This document shows positions 36,358-45,304 of a DNA stretch of 64,000 bases, in pieces; position 1 is the stretch's first letter, and the number at the start of each line of letters is the position of its first letter. The stretch is from positions 17,949 through 81,948 of IMG/VR virus record IMGVR_UViG_3300032286_001864, one strand, 5' to 3'. Source of the stretch: a virus. A program made the translations under genes and the position numbers. The notes beneath the pieces were generated by a model that did not search any database, was not told where the DNA came from, and saw only the letters and a program-made list of their open reading frames with translations.

Positions 36358-37301
36358 CGTTTCAGATGCCCATGAACTTCAAGTACACCCGGCAGGGCCC
36401 GGATGGCTGGAAGTTCTATGGCACGCCGGGTACGCCGGCGACCACGATGGACGCCATCATGCAGGGTCTGCGCACATCGACATTGCGCAAAGGATTGAGT
36501 CGAGGCCTTGAGCCTGGGTCCAACGTCCTGTTCACGGATAACGATGGCCGCCGCCAGCCGGCAATCGTGACCGGCAAGCGCATGGTCGATCCCTCCATGG
36601 CGGAGGAATTGTCCAGGACCGAGCGCTGGACACCGGAGTTCCTGCGCTGGTACATGGGTCAGAACGGCCTGGACAACGGTCGGATGGAGCAGCTGCTGTA
36701 CCAACTGCCAAGCCAGGGCGTGATTGCAACCCCGCGCATGGCCGGAGACGCCTTGATCGCCGCGGCTGCAGCGCCGACCGGGCCGATCTGGGCCTTTGGC
36801 GGGGCAAGAGCTACTCCGCCGGACGTGCTTGAGCTGATCTCCCAGATCGGCAAGAAGCACGCCGAGAGCGGCGGACGCATCGTCCATGGCGGAGCCCCCG
36901 GCGCAGATCGCGCTGCATCGCGGCTGGTGAGCAATCCAGAGGCGCTATCGATTCTTCTGCCTGGTCCCAACGATCCCCGCGGGCCGGATCCTCAGTACGC
37001 CGGGGGACGCGTCTTCGATGCCACTCAGCTTCCAACTTGGGAGCGGGCTCATGCGATCGCCAGGCAGTACGAAGACCCGTACCGTCCGGGCGGACGGAAC
37101 TACAACGCTCGCAACGTGATGGTGCTGCTGGGGCCCGGGCTTGATGCACCTCGAGAGAAGCTCGTGGTCTGGTCACCGGGCGCGCAAGCCATCGGTGGCA
37201 CTGGCCACGCCATCCGCACCGCCGAGGGCCACGGGATCCCGGTACGGAACCTGGCGGACCCCGCAATTCGGGCTGCCGCGGAGCAGTGGCTGAGGGCCTG
37301 A
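36354..37301 (+). CDS. Two-domain protein: ASCH-like plus SLOG/DprA-like
   Basis: TMDAIMQGLRTSTLR...GSNVLF; GGARATP, HGGAPGAD, ARNVMVLLG, GGTGHAIRTA..HGIPVRNL. Confidence 0.72.
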   Translation: MTFQMPMNFKYTRQGPDGWKFYGTPGTPATTMDAIMQGLRTSTLRKGLSRGLEPGSNVLFTDNDGRRQPAIVTGKRMVDPSMAEELSRTERWTPEFLRWYMGQNGLDNGRMEQLLYQLPSQGVIATPRMAGDALIAAAAAPTGPIWAFGGARATPPDVLELISQIGKKHAESGGRIVHGGAPGADRAASRLVSNPEALSILLPGPNDPRGPDPQYAGGRVFDATQLPTWERAHAIARQYEDPYRPGGRNYNARNVMVLLGPGLDAPREKLVVWSPGAQAIGGTGHAIRTAEGHGIPVRNLADPAIRAAAEQWLRA

Positions 37302-37353
37302 GTCGCCCTCGTTAGCCTGGGCTGGCGCCTGACAACCAGCGAGACGGAAGCCT

Positions 37354-37680
37354 GTGTCTCACAGAATCGAAGGGTCGGAGCTGGTTTCGAAACGTGTCAC
37401 CAAGAACAGCTTCAGGCGAGAGATCATCAACGCCTGGGACGGGTGCTGCGCCTACTGCGGCTGTCGGCCTGAGAAGATCACGCTCGATCATGTGGTGCCC
37501 AAGGTCAAGGCCGGGACAACGCAGAAGAGCAACCTGGTGCCAGCCTGCGCTCCATGCAACGTCTCAAAGAACCACTGCGATGTCTGGCAGTGGTACGCAG
37601 AGCAGGCGTTCTACTGCGCTGGCAAGGAGGGAGTGATCAGGGAATGGTTGGAATCCAACGCCGCCGCGGACGGGGGTTGA
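37354..37680 (+). CDS. HNH endonuclease
   Basis: CAYCG..TLDHVVPK..G.TQKSNLVPACAPCNVSKN; catalytic residues intact. Confidence 0.9.
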   Translation: MSHRIEGSELVSKRVTKNSFRREIINAWDGCCAYCGCRPEKITLDHVVPKVKAGTTQKSNLVPACAPCNVSKNHCDVWQWYAEQAFYCAGKEGVIREWLESNAAADGG

Positions 37681-37695
37681 GCGGCTGCCTGGCGG

Positions 37696-37929
37696 TCAGA
37701 AGTAACCAGCGACGGCACCAACCGGCACGATGGGGATGCCAGCGCCGCGGACGACCAGGCAACCGTAGTTGCCCTGACCGCAGCTGTTGTTCATGAGCTT
37801 GCCGATGTTGCGAACCCAGCCGTAGCCGCCGGCACCAAGGACTACGACAAGGATGAGGACGAGAATGCCGGTGGAGACAGCCTCGGGGTCAAAGCCAAAT
37901 GAGCGAGAGGAGTTCTTGGGGCCGTCCAT
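37696..37929 (-). CDS. Small two-helix membrane protein
   Basis: ILVLILVVVLGAGGYGWVRNI...VRGAGIPIVPVGAVAGYF. Confidence 0.7.
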   Translation of the reverse strand: MDGPKNSSRSFGFDPEAVSTGILVLILVVVLGAGGYGWVRNIGKLMNNSCGQGNYGCLVVRGAGIPIVPVGAVAGYF

Positions 37930-38004
37930 GAAACGTCTTGAGGTGCAGAGGTGTTCTACAGGAGCGGCGGGCAGGTTGCAAGCCGTGTCAAGCGCCAGCA
38001 ACCC

Positions 38005-38202
38005 CTAGCCCCACTTGCTGGCGTTGAGAGCGAAGTTGGCCTTCTTGACCAGGCCAGGGCTGTGCTCGTCTTTGTGGGCCAGGACATGCCGGGCGTACTC
38101 CTGCACGCCCGTGCCGGCTTTGGTGGCAGAGGCGGTGAAGGATCCCTTCGTGCCGCCTTGCGACATGGCCTTCTGCATGCGCTCACCAGCGAAGCGTGTC
38201 AT
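38005..38202 (-). CDS. Small basic phage protein, N-terminal RFAG
   Basis: MTRFAGE...KGSFTA..GVQEYARHVLA...LVKKANFALNASKW. Confidence 0.75.
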   Translation of the reverse strand: MTRFAGERMQKAMSQGGTKGSFTASATKAGTGVQEYARHVLAHKDEHSPGLVKKANFALNASKWG

Positions 38203-38573
38203 GGGTGCTGCGGCTGCTCCTGATCCCGCATCATCATGACGGCCGGGATCCCGCCTGCGATGGCACCGGCCAGGGCTCCGTAGGCACCGCGACGAGCGCT
38301 CTGACGTTCGAGTCGCTCGACCTCAAGGAGACTCTTAACGGAACGGGGCCTGACTGAGTGAGCTCCGGCAAGGGCGCCTCCCGTGGCGGTTGCGTAGGGC
38401 AGTAGGGAGATGAGTAGGTTGAGAGGAATCTCTCCAGAGTTCGACCCGTTGGTATCGCCCAAGAAGAGGTCGGCGGCGCCGTAGATGCCAGTAGTCCCCA
38501 GCCCCAGCTGAGCAAGAGTGTTGACAGCCAATGCGTGCAGGTCTGAATCGCTGCCCGCAAAACGCGTGTTCAT
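38199..38573 (-). CDS. Glycine-zipper protein, N-terminal RFAG
   Basis: MNTRFAGS; GAYGALAGAIAGGIPAV. Confidence 0.7.
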   Translation of the reverse strand: MNTRFAGSDSDLHALAVNTLAQLGLGTTGIYGAADLFLGDTNGSNSGEIPLNLLISLLPYATATGGALAGAHSVRPRSVKSLLEVERLERQSARRGAYGALAGAIAGGIPAVMMMRDQEQPQHP

Positions 38574-38576
38574 GAC

Positions 38577-38795
38577 TCAGCGCCCCTGAGCAGGCCGCTG
38601 CTGTCCCTGCGACGTGGGCTGCTGGTTGGGGCGTTGCCCGGGGCGATAGCCAGCCTGGAGGTTGGGATCGCCTTGCTCCTGCCCGACGGCTTGGTTGTCC
38701 TTGCCGCGGCGCATCATCTTCTTGGCCCGGTCCTTGTGCTTGTTGAGCACGCCCTGGCGATCGTTGGGGGCGGCGCCTTGCTGCGGGCTGTTCAT
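38577..38795 (-). CDS. Small Q/G-rich protein
   Basis: Coupled to the nuclease gene by ATGA. Confidence 0.6.
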   Translation of the reverse strand: MNSPQQGAAPNDRQGVLNKHKDRAKKMMRRGKDNQAVGQEQGDPNLQAGYRPGQRPNQQPTSQGQQRPAQGR

Positions 38796-39616
38796 GCGTG
38801 GACCAGAAGCTTCTGGCCTATGTTAGAAGGAACAATCGGAGCCTCCTCCTTGTCGAGCCCCAGGGCTGCAAGCTCCTTCTCGCGGGCAAGGATCTGGTAG
38901 TAGTCGGCAACACGCTGGGTCCACTTGTAGCGCCAGGCGTGGAGCTCATGGCCGCGGAGCAGGAAGCTCTGAGTGATGCGCGGCGTGGTCACCAGGATCT
39001 GGGCCATCTCGACCGAGATCCCCAGGGTTTCTTCGAGGGCGATCGCATAGGCGCCCAGCTGGAGGGCGCACTTGTTGAACTTCATCCAGCCGCCGTAATG
39101 CTCCCTGGGGACACCGTTCTCCTCGCCCTTGGGGAAGTAGCGGCAGTAGGGGCCGTTGCTGGACTTGACGTCAGCGAGAACGACGATGCCGCCGCGGACG
39201 CCGACGATGTCGGGACAGCCGCAGTATCCGTGCTGGTGAGACCAGATCCTGGAGATGCCATCGTCCCCGATACAGAAGTTCCACTCAGGCCGTAGCGGCT
39301 TCTCCGACCAGGTGAAGTAGTCGTAGGAGTCGAGGTGGGGAGCTACTCCGTTCCAGTAGGGCAGGATCTCATCGGGGATTTCGACAGCTTTGCCACGAAG
39401 ATGGTCTTCACAGGCCTTGTGGATGATTGAACCGCGGTTGGCAGCGGCTTCCTTGCCGCCCGGGTTCTTGATGTTCCACTGCTCGAGGGTTTGCTTGGAG
39501 CGGGCGCTGGCGGTCTTACCCAGGATCGCAGTGACAGAAGGGTAGGCGCAGTCTGGCCGGTCACCCGTCCGATAGTGGCGAACACCATCGATTTCGAAGC
39601 GGGTTGGCCGTTTCAA
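38792..39616 (-). CDS. PD-(D/E)xK exonuclease
   Basis: YPSVTAIL, RGSIIH, SEKPL, YCGCPD, ADVKSS, LQLGAY. Confidence 0.88.
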   Translation of the reverse strand: MKRPTRFEIDGVRHYRTGDRPDCAYPSVTAILGKTASARSKQTLEQWNIKNPGGKEAAANRGSIIHKACEDHLRGKAVEIPDEILPYWNGVAPHLDSYDYFTWSEKPLRPEWNFCIGDDGISRIWSHQHGYCGCPDIVGVRGGIVVLADVKSSNGPYCRYFPKGEENGVPREHYGGWMKFNKCALQLGAYAIALEETLGISVEMAQILVTTPRITQSFLLRGHELHAWRYKWTQRVADYYQILAREKELAALGLDKEEAPIVPSNIGQKLLVHA

Positions 39617-39698
39617 TCTCGCCTCTCTTTACAGAGAATGTAGCGAGACCTGAGAGACGCAGGATGAGAGAGCAGCGGGTTCGCCGCTTTGGCTGCGA

Positions 39699-40615
39699 TC
39701 AGCCGTTGGACTTGATGTCGCCGAAGTTGGCTTCCAGGTAGTCAAGAGCGCCTCGTTCGCCTTGGTAGGCGTCGAGAGTGCGCAGGAGCTGGCGGGCCAA
39801 GACAGCAGCGCCCTTGGTCATCTCCTCGAGGTAGTCGCCTTCCTTTGGGCGAGTGCCATCGATGCGGTCACCAAGGATCGGCCCCAAGATGGCGGCATAG
39901 ACCATCACCAGGGGGCTGACCTGGTAGGCCTGGAAGGACGAACCCCCGGACGTGAAGCCTTCCAGTAGCCGAGCAACATCGGCCAAGCTCCGGGCGATCT
40001 GCTCTTGCCGCTCCCCCTGCTGGTGACCCAGAGCAAGGAGAGCGGAGAGCTGTTCACGGATCCTCGTCAACTCGCTCAGCTCGGTCGGAACGGGCTTCGG
40101 GGAGAGGCCCTTCGGGGTTGGTGATGACGGTTCCATCGAATAGCCGGCAGATGTGAAGAGCGCCGCGCTCAGCAGGGCTCAGCTGCTGCCAAGCCCTGTT
40201 GACGCTCTCATGATCATGGCGCTCCTGAAGAGCCCTGACATCAGAGCTTCGGGTGGCACGCTGCAGGGCAAGCAGGATCGACGGATCGTAAGACAAGGAT
40301 GGCAGTGAGGTTGTGGGGGCAAGACATGGCATGGTCGTCGATGGTGCCGTTTTCGAGCCCTCGAACAAAGAGGACGTCTCCTTCTGCTAGGAGCCGGCGA
40401 AAGGCTGCGATCACCTCGTCTGCAACAGCAGTGGACGGGACGAAGAGGACTTGGGCGTAGGCTTTCGCCCCTTCCTTGCTCGGATGAGCTACCGGAACGG
40501 AAAAGGAAGGTGAGCCAAGCTGCAGCAGCAGGACTGCGCAAAGATCGTCTGCGTCAGGGCGCAGGGGCAGGTCTTGCCAGGTTGAATCCAGCGCAGGCAT
40601 TGCTTTTGTAGACAT
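39699..40615 (-). other. Three overlapping hypothetical genes (39699-40136, 40054-40332, 40241-40615)
   Basis: Consecutive - strand ORFs with protein-like composition. Confidence 0.5.
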
Positions 40616-40732
40616 GAATCTGCTAAAAAAAAAAAGTTTTGAATTTGAAAGAGTACCCTGTGAGCGGGCACTGTGAAGCGTTCGGGGTGGACTTCGGGGG
40701 AAGTCCGACCCCTTAAGTGAAGTAACTCCGAG

Positions 40733-41422
40733 TTACCAGCCCGCAGCAGGAAGTTCCCTTCCACCGGCGATCTCCTCGTCGGCGCCCAGCTCATCGCGGC
40801 GGGTCATCGGTTCCTGGGAGGGGGCCTTTGATCCGGCGGGGCGGCCTTCGAATGGATCGCCGCCCTCGAAGAGCGCTGGCAACCACATGTGATCAGCCCG
40901 GGCGTGCCAGTGCTTGGTCTCAGCAGCTGACGCCGCCTTGAGAACCGGGGTGACGTCGTACTTGGTGTCCAACTTCTGGCCGCGACGGGTGATCGTCAGA
41001 TAGAAGTTGGCCATCTCGCCGTTCTCGATGGTGTAATCCTCGATGTTGAGAATCGCTTCGATGGCTTCGCGGACCTTGAGCTGAGTGATGTCAAAGACCT
41101 GGTAGTCGTCGGCTTCCTTGCGCTTGCAGGCCCAGGCCAGGAAAAAGGTAGGAACGGCCTTTTCGGTGCCGCCGCTCTTCTTGGCGTCATAGGTCAGACC
41201 GATGTCGTCCATGTACGACTTGGGGAAAGTCGGGAAACGCCGGGGCTTGCCTTCCATCGTGAAGTACTGGTAGCCGGCAATGCAGTGACCGCTATCGCCC
41301 GTGCCGCAAAGGCGTATGGTCGTGCTCTCGCCGTCAGCGAGCTTCTTGAGCTCGAAGTATTTGGCGGGAACGGCGGGGTCTTCTTGGTTGGTGGCAACGT
41401 AGTTGGAGGGGAAGATCGACAT
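40733..41422 (-). CDS. gp32-like phage ssDNA-binding protein
   Basis: DGESTTIRL, FFLAW, FDITQ, LTITRRGQKLDTKYDVTP, LFEGGDPF, acidic tail. Confidence 0.65.
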   Translation of the reverse strand: MSIFPSNYVATNQEDPAVPAKYFELKKLADGESTTIRLCGTGDSGHCIAGYQYFTMEGKPRRFPTFPKSYMDDIGLTYDAKKSGGTEKAVPTFFLAWACKRKEADDYQVFDITQLKVREAIEAILNIEDYTIENGEMANFYLTITRRGQKLDTKYDVTPVLKAASAAETKHWHARADHMWLPALFEGGDPFEGRPAGSKAPSQEPMTRRDELGADEEIAGGRELPAAGW

Positions 41423-41468
41423 CGGGTTGGAAGGATTTGCGAAAGGGATGAAAAGGAAGTAGCTGTTG

Positions 41469-42146
41469 CTACCAATTGGTGGGGCAATCGTCGGGCTGGC
41501 CTTGGAAGGATTCGTGGCTGTAGCCAACAGCGCTTGTGCCAGCAGCTGGATTGCTGCTCTTGGAGCCGCGGTGAACGCGAACAAAGCGGGCCTTGACCTC
41601 GACGTAGGGTGTGCCATCGGCGCTGGTCATCTGCGTGAAGCAGCCGTTGATCTCGACAAGAGCGCCGACGTCGGCGGCGCTCAGGCGATCCTTGGTGAAA
41701 CCGAAAGCGCGGATGGAGAACCAGTCGGTGACTTCGACGGGCTCAGTGGCCTCCGGGTCTGGGCTGCGGAAAAAGCGATTAACGGCGACCGAACGCCTCG
41801 TGGACTTGCCGCTTTCGGCGTCCTTGGCGGTGCTGCCGATACGGCCGACGATGACGACCTCGTTAAGGTACTGGTCGTCACCGGCGGGCGAGATCACAGC
41901 CGTGGTGATGATCGGCACGTCGCCATCGGGTTGCACGAGGGAGGCTTCCCCGGAGGCAATCAGGCGGTCACCGGTGTCCTTCTCGGCTAGGGCCTTGGCG
42001 GCGACGCTGTCTGCGTAGGCCCGCACGAGGACGGCGATGGGTTCCTGGCCGCAGATGACAGCTGAGGCGGCCAGATAGTCCCTGCCGTCGAAGGAGCGGA
42101 CAGCCGGCTTCTCGTTCAGAGCAACGATTGATGAGGCATAGCTCAT
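41469..42146 (-). CDS. ssb: SSB-like protein with tandem OB folds
   Basis: LNEVVIVGRIG, SVAVNR, TDWFSIRAFG, GALVEING in the C-terminal half. Confidence 0.75.
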   Translation of the reverse strand: MSYASSIVALNEKPAVRSFDGRDYLAASAVICGQEPIAVLVRAYADSVAAKALAEKDTGDRLIASGEASLVQPDGDVPIITTAVISPAGDDQYLNEVVIVGRIGSTAKDAESGKSTRRSVAVNRFFRSPDPEATEPVEVTDWFSIRAFGFTKDRLSAADVGALVEINGCFTQMTSADGTPYVEVKARFVRVHRGSKSSNPAAGTSAVGYSHESFQGQPDDCPTNW

Positions 42147-42213
42147 GATGTGCTGCAGAGGGCACGCCAGCATAAGCCTTGCGCTTGCTGTGGCAAGCAG
42201 CCCTCTATACGTG

Positions 42214-42852
42214 TCAGACGCGGGCGTACTGACTGAGCCAGTCCGGTGCGGCGGGGATCGGCTGAGCGGTTTGCGGCATCAGCAAGACGACCATCTGGAT
42301 GTCCTCCCGCTGGAGCCGGAGCGGTCCGCCGTGGTAGCCAGAGAGGACCAGTGAATCGCTGTCGTCGACCATGGCCTTGATCGCTGGGAGCAGCAGGCTG
42401 AGGTCATAGCGACCAGCGGTCGTCGAGGTCTCGGGTGTCGTGCCCCAGCGCTCAAGGGCGGCGGCGATCGCGGGGCGATAGGAGGGGAGCTCACTCGAAG
42501 CGCGGATCGTGAAGTCCTTAAACGTGTTGTGCTCCTTGTAATACGTGGTCACCCGGGCGGCCAGGGATGACAGTTCGTCGCCTTCGATACAGACGTCGCG
42601 CCCGGCCGTCTTGATGCCATTGGCGGCCTTGACCAGGGCGCTGTCGGGGAAGATCAAAGCGCTGGCATCCGCCTTGCCCTCCGGGTCGTAGCCGATCATG
42701 CCGACGGCGCCGCGATTGAAGGCGGCGATGGTCACGCCGGAGTCAAGGTCGCCGTAACGCAGGGGAGCGACCTCAATGCCCTGGTCGGTGCCGAACTTGC
42801 CGGTGAAGGCGGCGGCGTAGGCGAGAAGTGCCGAGTTGAAGGTCAGCCTCAT
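42214..42852 (-). CDS. Sliding-clamp (beta-clamp)-like protein
   Basis: QGIEV...GVTIAAFN, LPSYR, YDLSLL, GGPLRL, VVLLMP pattern. Confidence 0.45.
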   Translation of the reverse strand: MRLTFNSALLAYAAAFTGKFGTDQGIEVAPLRYGDLDSGVTIAAFNRGAVGMIGYDPEGKADASALIFPDSALVKAANGIKTAGRDVCIEGDELSSLAARVTTYYKEHNTFKDFTIRASSELPSYRPAIAAALERWGTTPETSTTAGRYDLSLLLPAIKAMVDDSDSLVLSGYHGGPLRLQREDIQMVVLLMPQTAQPIPAAPDWLSQYARV

Positions 42853-42966
42853 GGGGGACGCCGTGGTGCCACGAAGGTAGCCCAGCATGCAAGCCCTGTC
42901 CTGCAACTGCTGGTTTCGCCAAGCGGCCCTTCGTAGGATTGCGTGAGTGCACCGGCATGGCTGGCG

Positions 42967-43146
42967 ATGGGAGCGGAGGCGATCGTTGCTTTAGGGGCCT
43001 TGGGGTGCTCCGGCGTCGTGGCACTCTGGAAGATCGCCAATGGTCTCGGGCGTTTTGAGGCAAGGACCGGGACGATCCTCGAGGGGATCCAGAAGATGCT
43101 GGGGGACCACGAGGCTCGGCTAAGGGACCTGGAGAGCGACCGCTAG
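42967..43146 (+). CDS. Small membrane protein (holin-like)
   Basis: N-terminal transmembrane segment, C-terminal DHEARLRDLE. Confidence 0.6.
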   Translation: MGAEAIVALGALGCSGVVALWKIANGLGRFEARTGTILEGIQKMLGDHEARLRDLESDR

Positions 43147-43376
43147 TCCGCTAGCCGTGTAGCGCAGAGGACCTTGCGCATGCAGGACAGGTCGCTAGCC
43201 TGAACGCGGTTGTGATCACCCGGGGAAGCGCGCTGCGTGAAGCGGCAATCGAGCCCCGGGTCCGCGACCCTTACCCATCATGAGGTCCGGCCATGGACTT
43301 CGGTCTAGCAAGGTTGGTCAGGTTTTTCCGGAAGCTTGACAAGAACCTTGATCTAATCCCACTGCAATCTCACGCA

Positions 43377-43670
43377 ATGTCCGCTCTTTCCGATCGCGTA
43401 GCCACAGTCGTCAAGTTCCTGCTTGACGAAAAGGCCGCTCTCCTTGCCGAAGTCGCCGTGACCAAAGAGGCCCTGGCGACTGCCCTGTCGAACGACGCCG
43501 CCGACGCCGAAGCTATCGCTGCTGCGACGGCTGACGCCGAGGTTTCCAAGGCCGCCGTTCAGGAAGCCGAAGCCAAGGCCGCCGCTCTCCAAGAGCTCGC
43601 CGACGCCGACGCCGCCGAAGACGAAGCCATCACCGCTGTACTGGACTCCGTCACCATTCAGCCCGAGTGA
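43377..43670 (+). CDS. Ala/Glu-rich coiled-coil protein
   Basis: Strong codon bias; followed by a terminator. Confidence 0.7.
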   Translation: MSALSDRVATVVKFLLDEKAALLAEVAVTKEALATALSNDAADAEAIAAATADAEVSKAAVQEAEAKAAALQELADADAAEDEAITAVLDSVTIQPE

Positions 43671-43695
43671 TCTCACTCGCCACTTAAGGCACATG

Positions 43696-43723
43696 GCCCC
43701 CGGTTCACCGGGGGCTTTTGTTT
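43696..43723 (+). terminator. Rho-independent terminator
   Basis: GCCCCCGG-TTCA-CCGGGGGC then TTTTGTTT, at a strand convergence. Confidence 0.85.
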
Positions 43724-43740
43724 GGCCAGTGCTCAGACGA

Positions 43741-45097
43741 TCAGACAGCTTCGACTTCGATCAAGCCGCCGTGGTCGCGGAGGCGGACGACACGGAGGGT
43801 GCCACCGCAGACGAGGGATGCGCGATCTCCTAGTTCGAATGCGCCGGCGCGAGTGTCGAAGCGATCGGCACTGCTGAGAGAGCAGAACTCAGGCACCCTG
43901 CTGTTGGGGTTCATGCGGATTCCAAAGCCCCAGCTGTTGCCGTCATGGGCTTCGACGCGGTAGGTGACGGTCATGACTGTGCCTCCCCGGCCCGGGGCAG
44001 TAAATTCAGTTCTTTTGCTCGGCAATCAGCTACCCACTTCAACCCAAGCACGACAGATTCACCTAGCGTGTCGGCGTAGACCCACTTCGTGGTGTAGCGC
44101 CCCCAGCTGTAGGTGCTTGTAGTACCCCGCATGACCGGAGTAGCAAACTGAACAAAAAAGCCTAGCCGTTCGTTCCGTACCAACCATTCCACGATCTCAG
44201 TGTATTCCTCGTTATCAATACCTTCAAGCAGGTTCTCAGGTATACCAGGAAAAAACTCAAGCAATTCCTTGTTGCTTTGCTCCCCAAGCATTTCCCTTAG
44301 GCATTCCGGGAGCGTATCAGCATCCGCCGTCATGCCGCCAATATGCAGCAGCGTTTCGATTCTTGCCGTAGCAGCGTCGAGCTCCTGAAGAATCTTTCTG
44401 TTTGTTGCGAGCTCCATGGATAGGTCGGTGGTGGTGAAATTGGAGGCCGGGGCGGGCGCGGAGAGCTGCTGGAGCAGGGTGGCGGCGCTGCTGAGAATTT
44501 TGGCATCGCCAAACTGGCAGGCCGCAGCCGCATGATTGGCCATCAGCTCCACTTCAGCTACCAACTCCGCCACCTCCCCTGGCTCCGGCGCGGGTGACGC
44601 AGGGCGACCCCAGCGGGCGAGGGCACGCTGCAGAATCTCGTGGCCACGGTCAACCGCCTCCAGGCTGTGGGTGTCCCATGGATTTGGGGATGGAATCAAC
44701 GCCTGGATGGCGATCACCGTGACATCAAGTTGGTCCTCTGTCAACCCATGACCATCTGGCTGGGCCAGGGCGGCGCGGGCGCGGGCAATCAGATCGAGTA
44801 CGTCTTGGGGAATGTCGCCCCAGGTGTAGTCAATCTTTTCGATCAGCTCAGCGCACAGGGCGCGAATGTCGGGGGTGGTCATTGCTTGTGCTCCTGTGTG
44901 CCGGTGCTAACCAGCCGAACGACTGAGATCTGTGCATCGGCTGGGACTTTAGGGTCCTTGCCGCGGACGTGATCAAAGAAGTGCTCGGCGGCTTCTTCGC
45001 AGGAGGCGCACTCTTCGATACCGGTGAAGCCGAAGCGCCCGCAGGGGCGTTCCCAAACAACGGAATAGGCGTTGTTTGACTTGGTGGGACTGGTCAT
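43741..45097 (-). other. Three accessory genes (43741-43974, 43971-44882, 44879-45097)
   Basis: ATGA-coupled; 43971-44882 begins DIRALCAEL...ARARAALAQP, like 25158-25625. Confidence 0.65.
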
Positions 45098-45304
45098 ACG
45101 AGGTGGTAGTTGGGGTCGTTTGGGCAGAATCGTTTGAGGTAAGCAGGCTCGAGGACCTGCAGCCACTGCTGAGCGCAGAGGGTGCGACCGCTCTGCTGGT
45201 TGAGCTCGAGGGCAGCGAGCGGGAACCCGTGGGGGAGTCCCGCCGCTTCCAGAGCCAGGGCAGTCGTAAGGCGGAGCAGGCAGTGGCTGGTGATCTCGAT
45301 GGAC

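Noticed and set aside
38792-39616. Cas4
   Set aside because: It has a PD-(D/E)xK core but lacks the C-terminal Cys cluster for the Fe-S centre; it fits an ordinary phage exonuclease.
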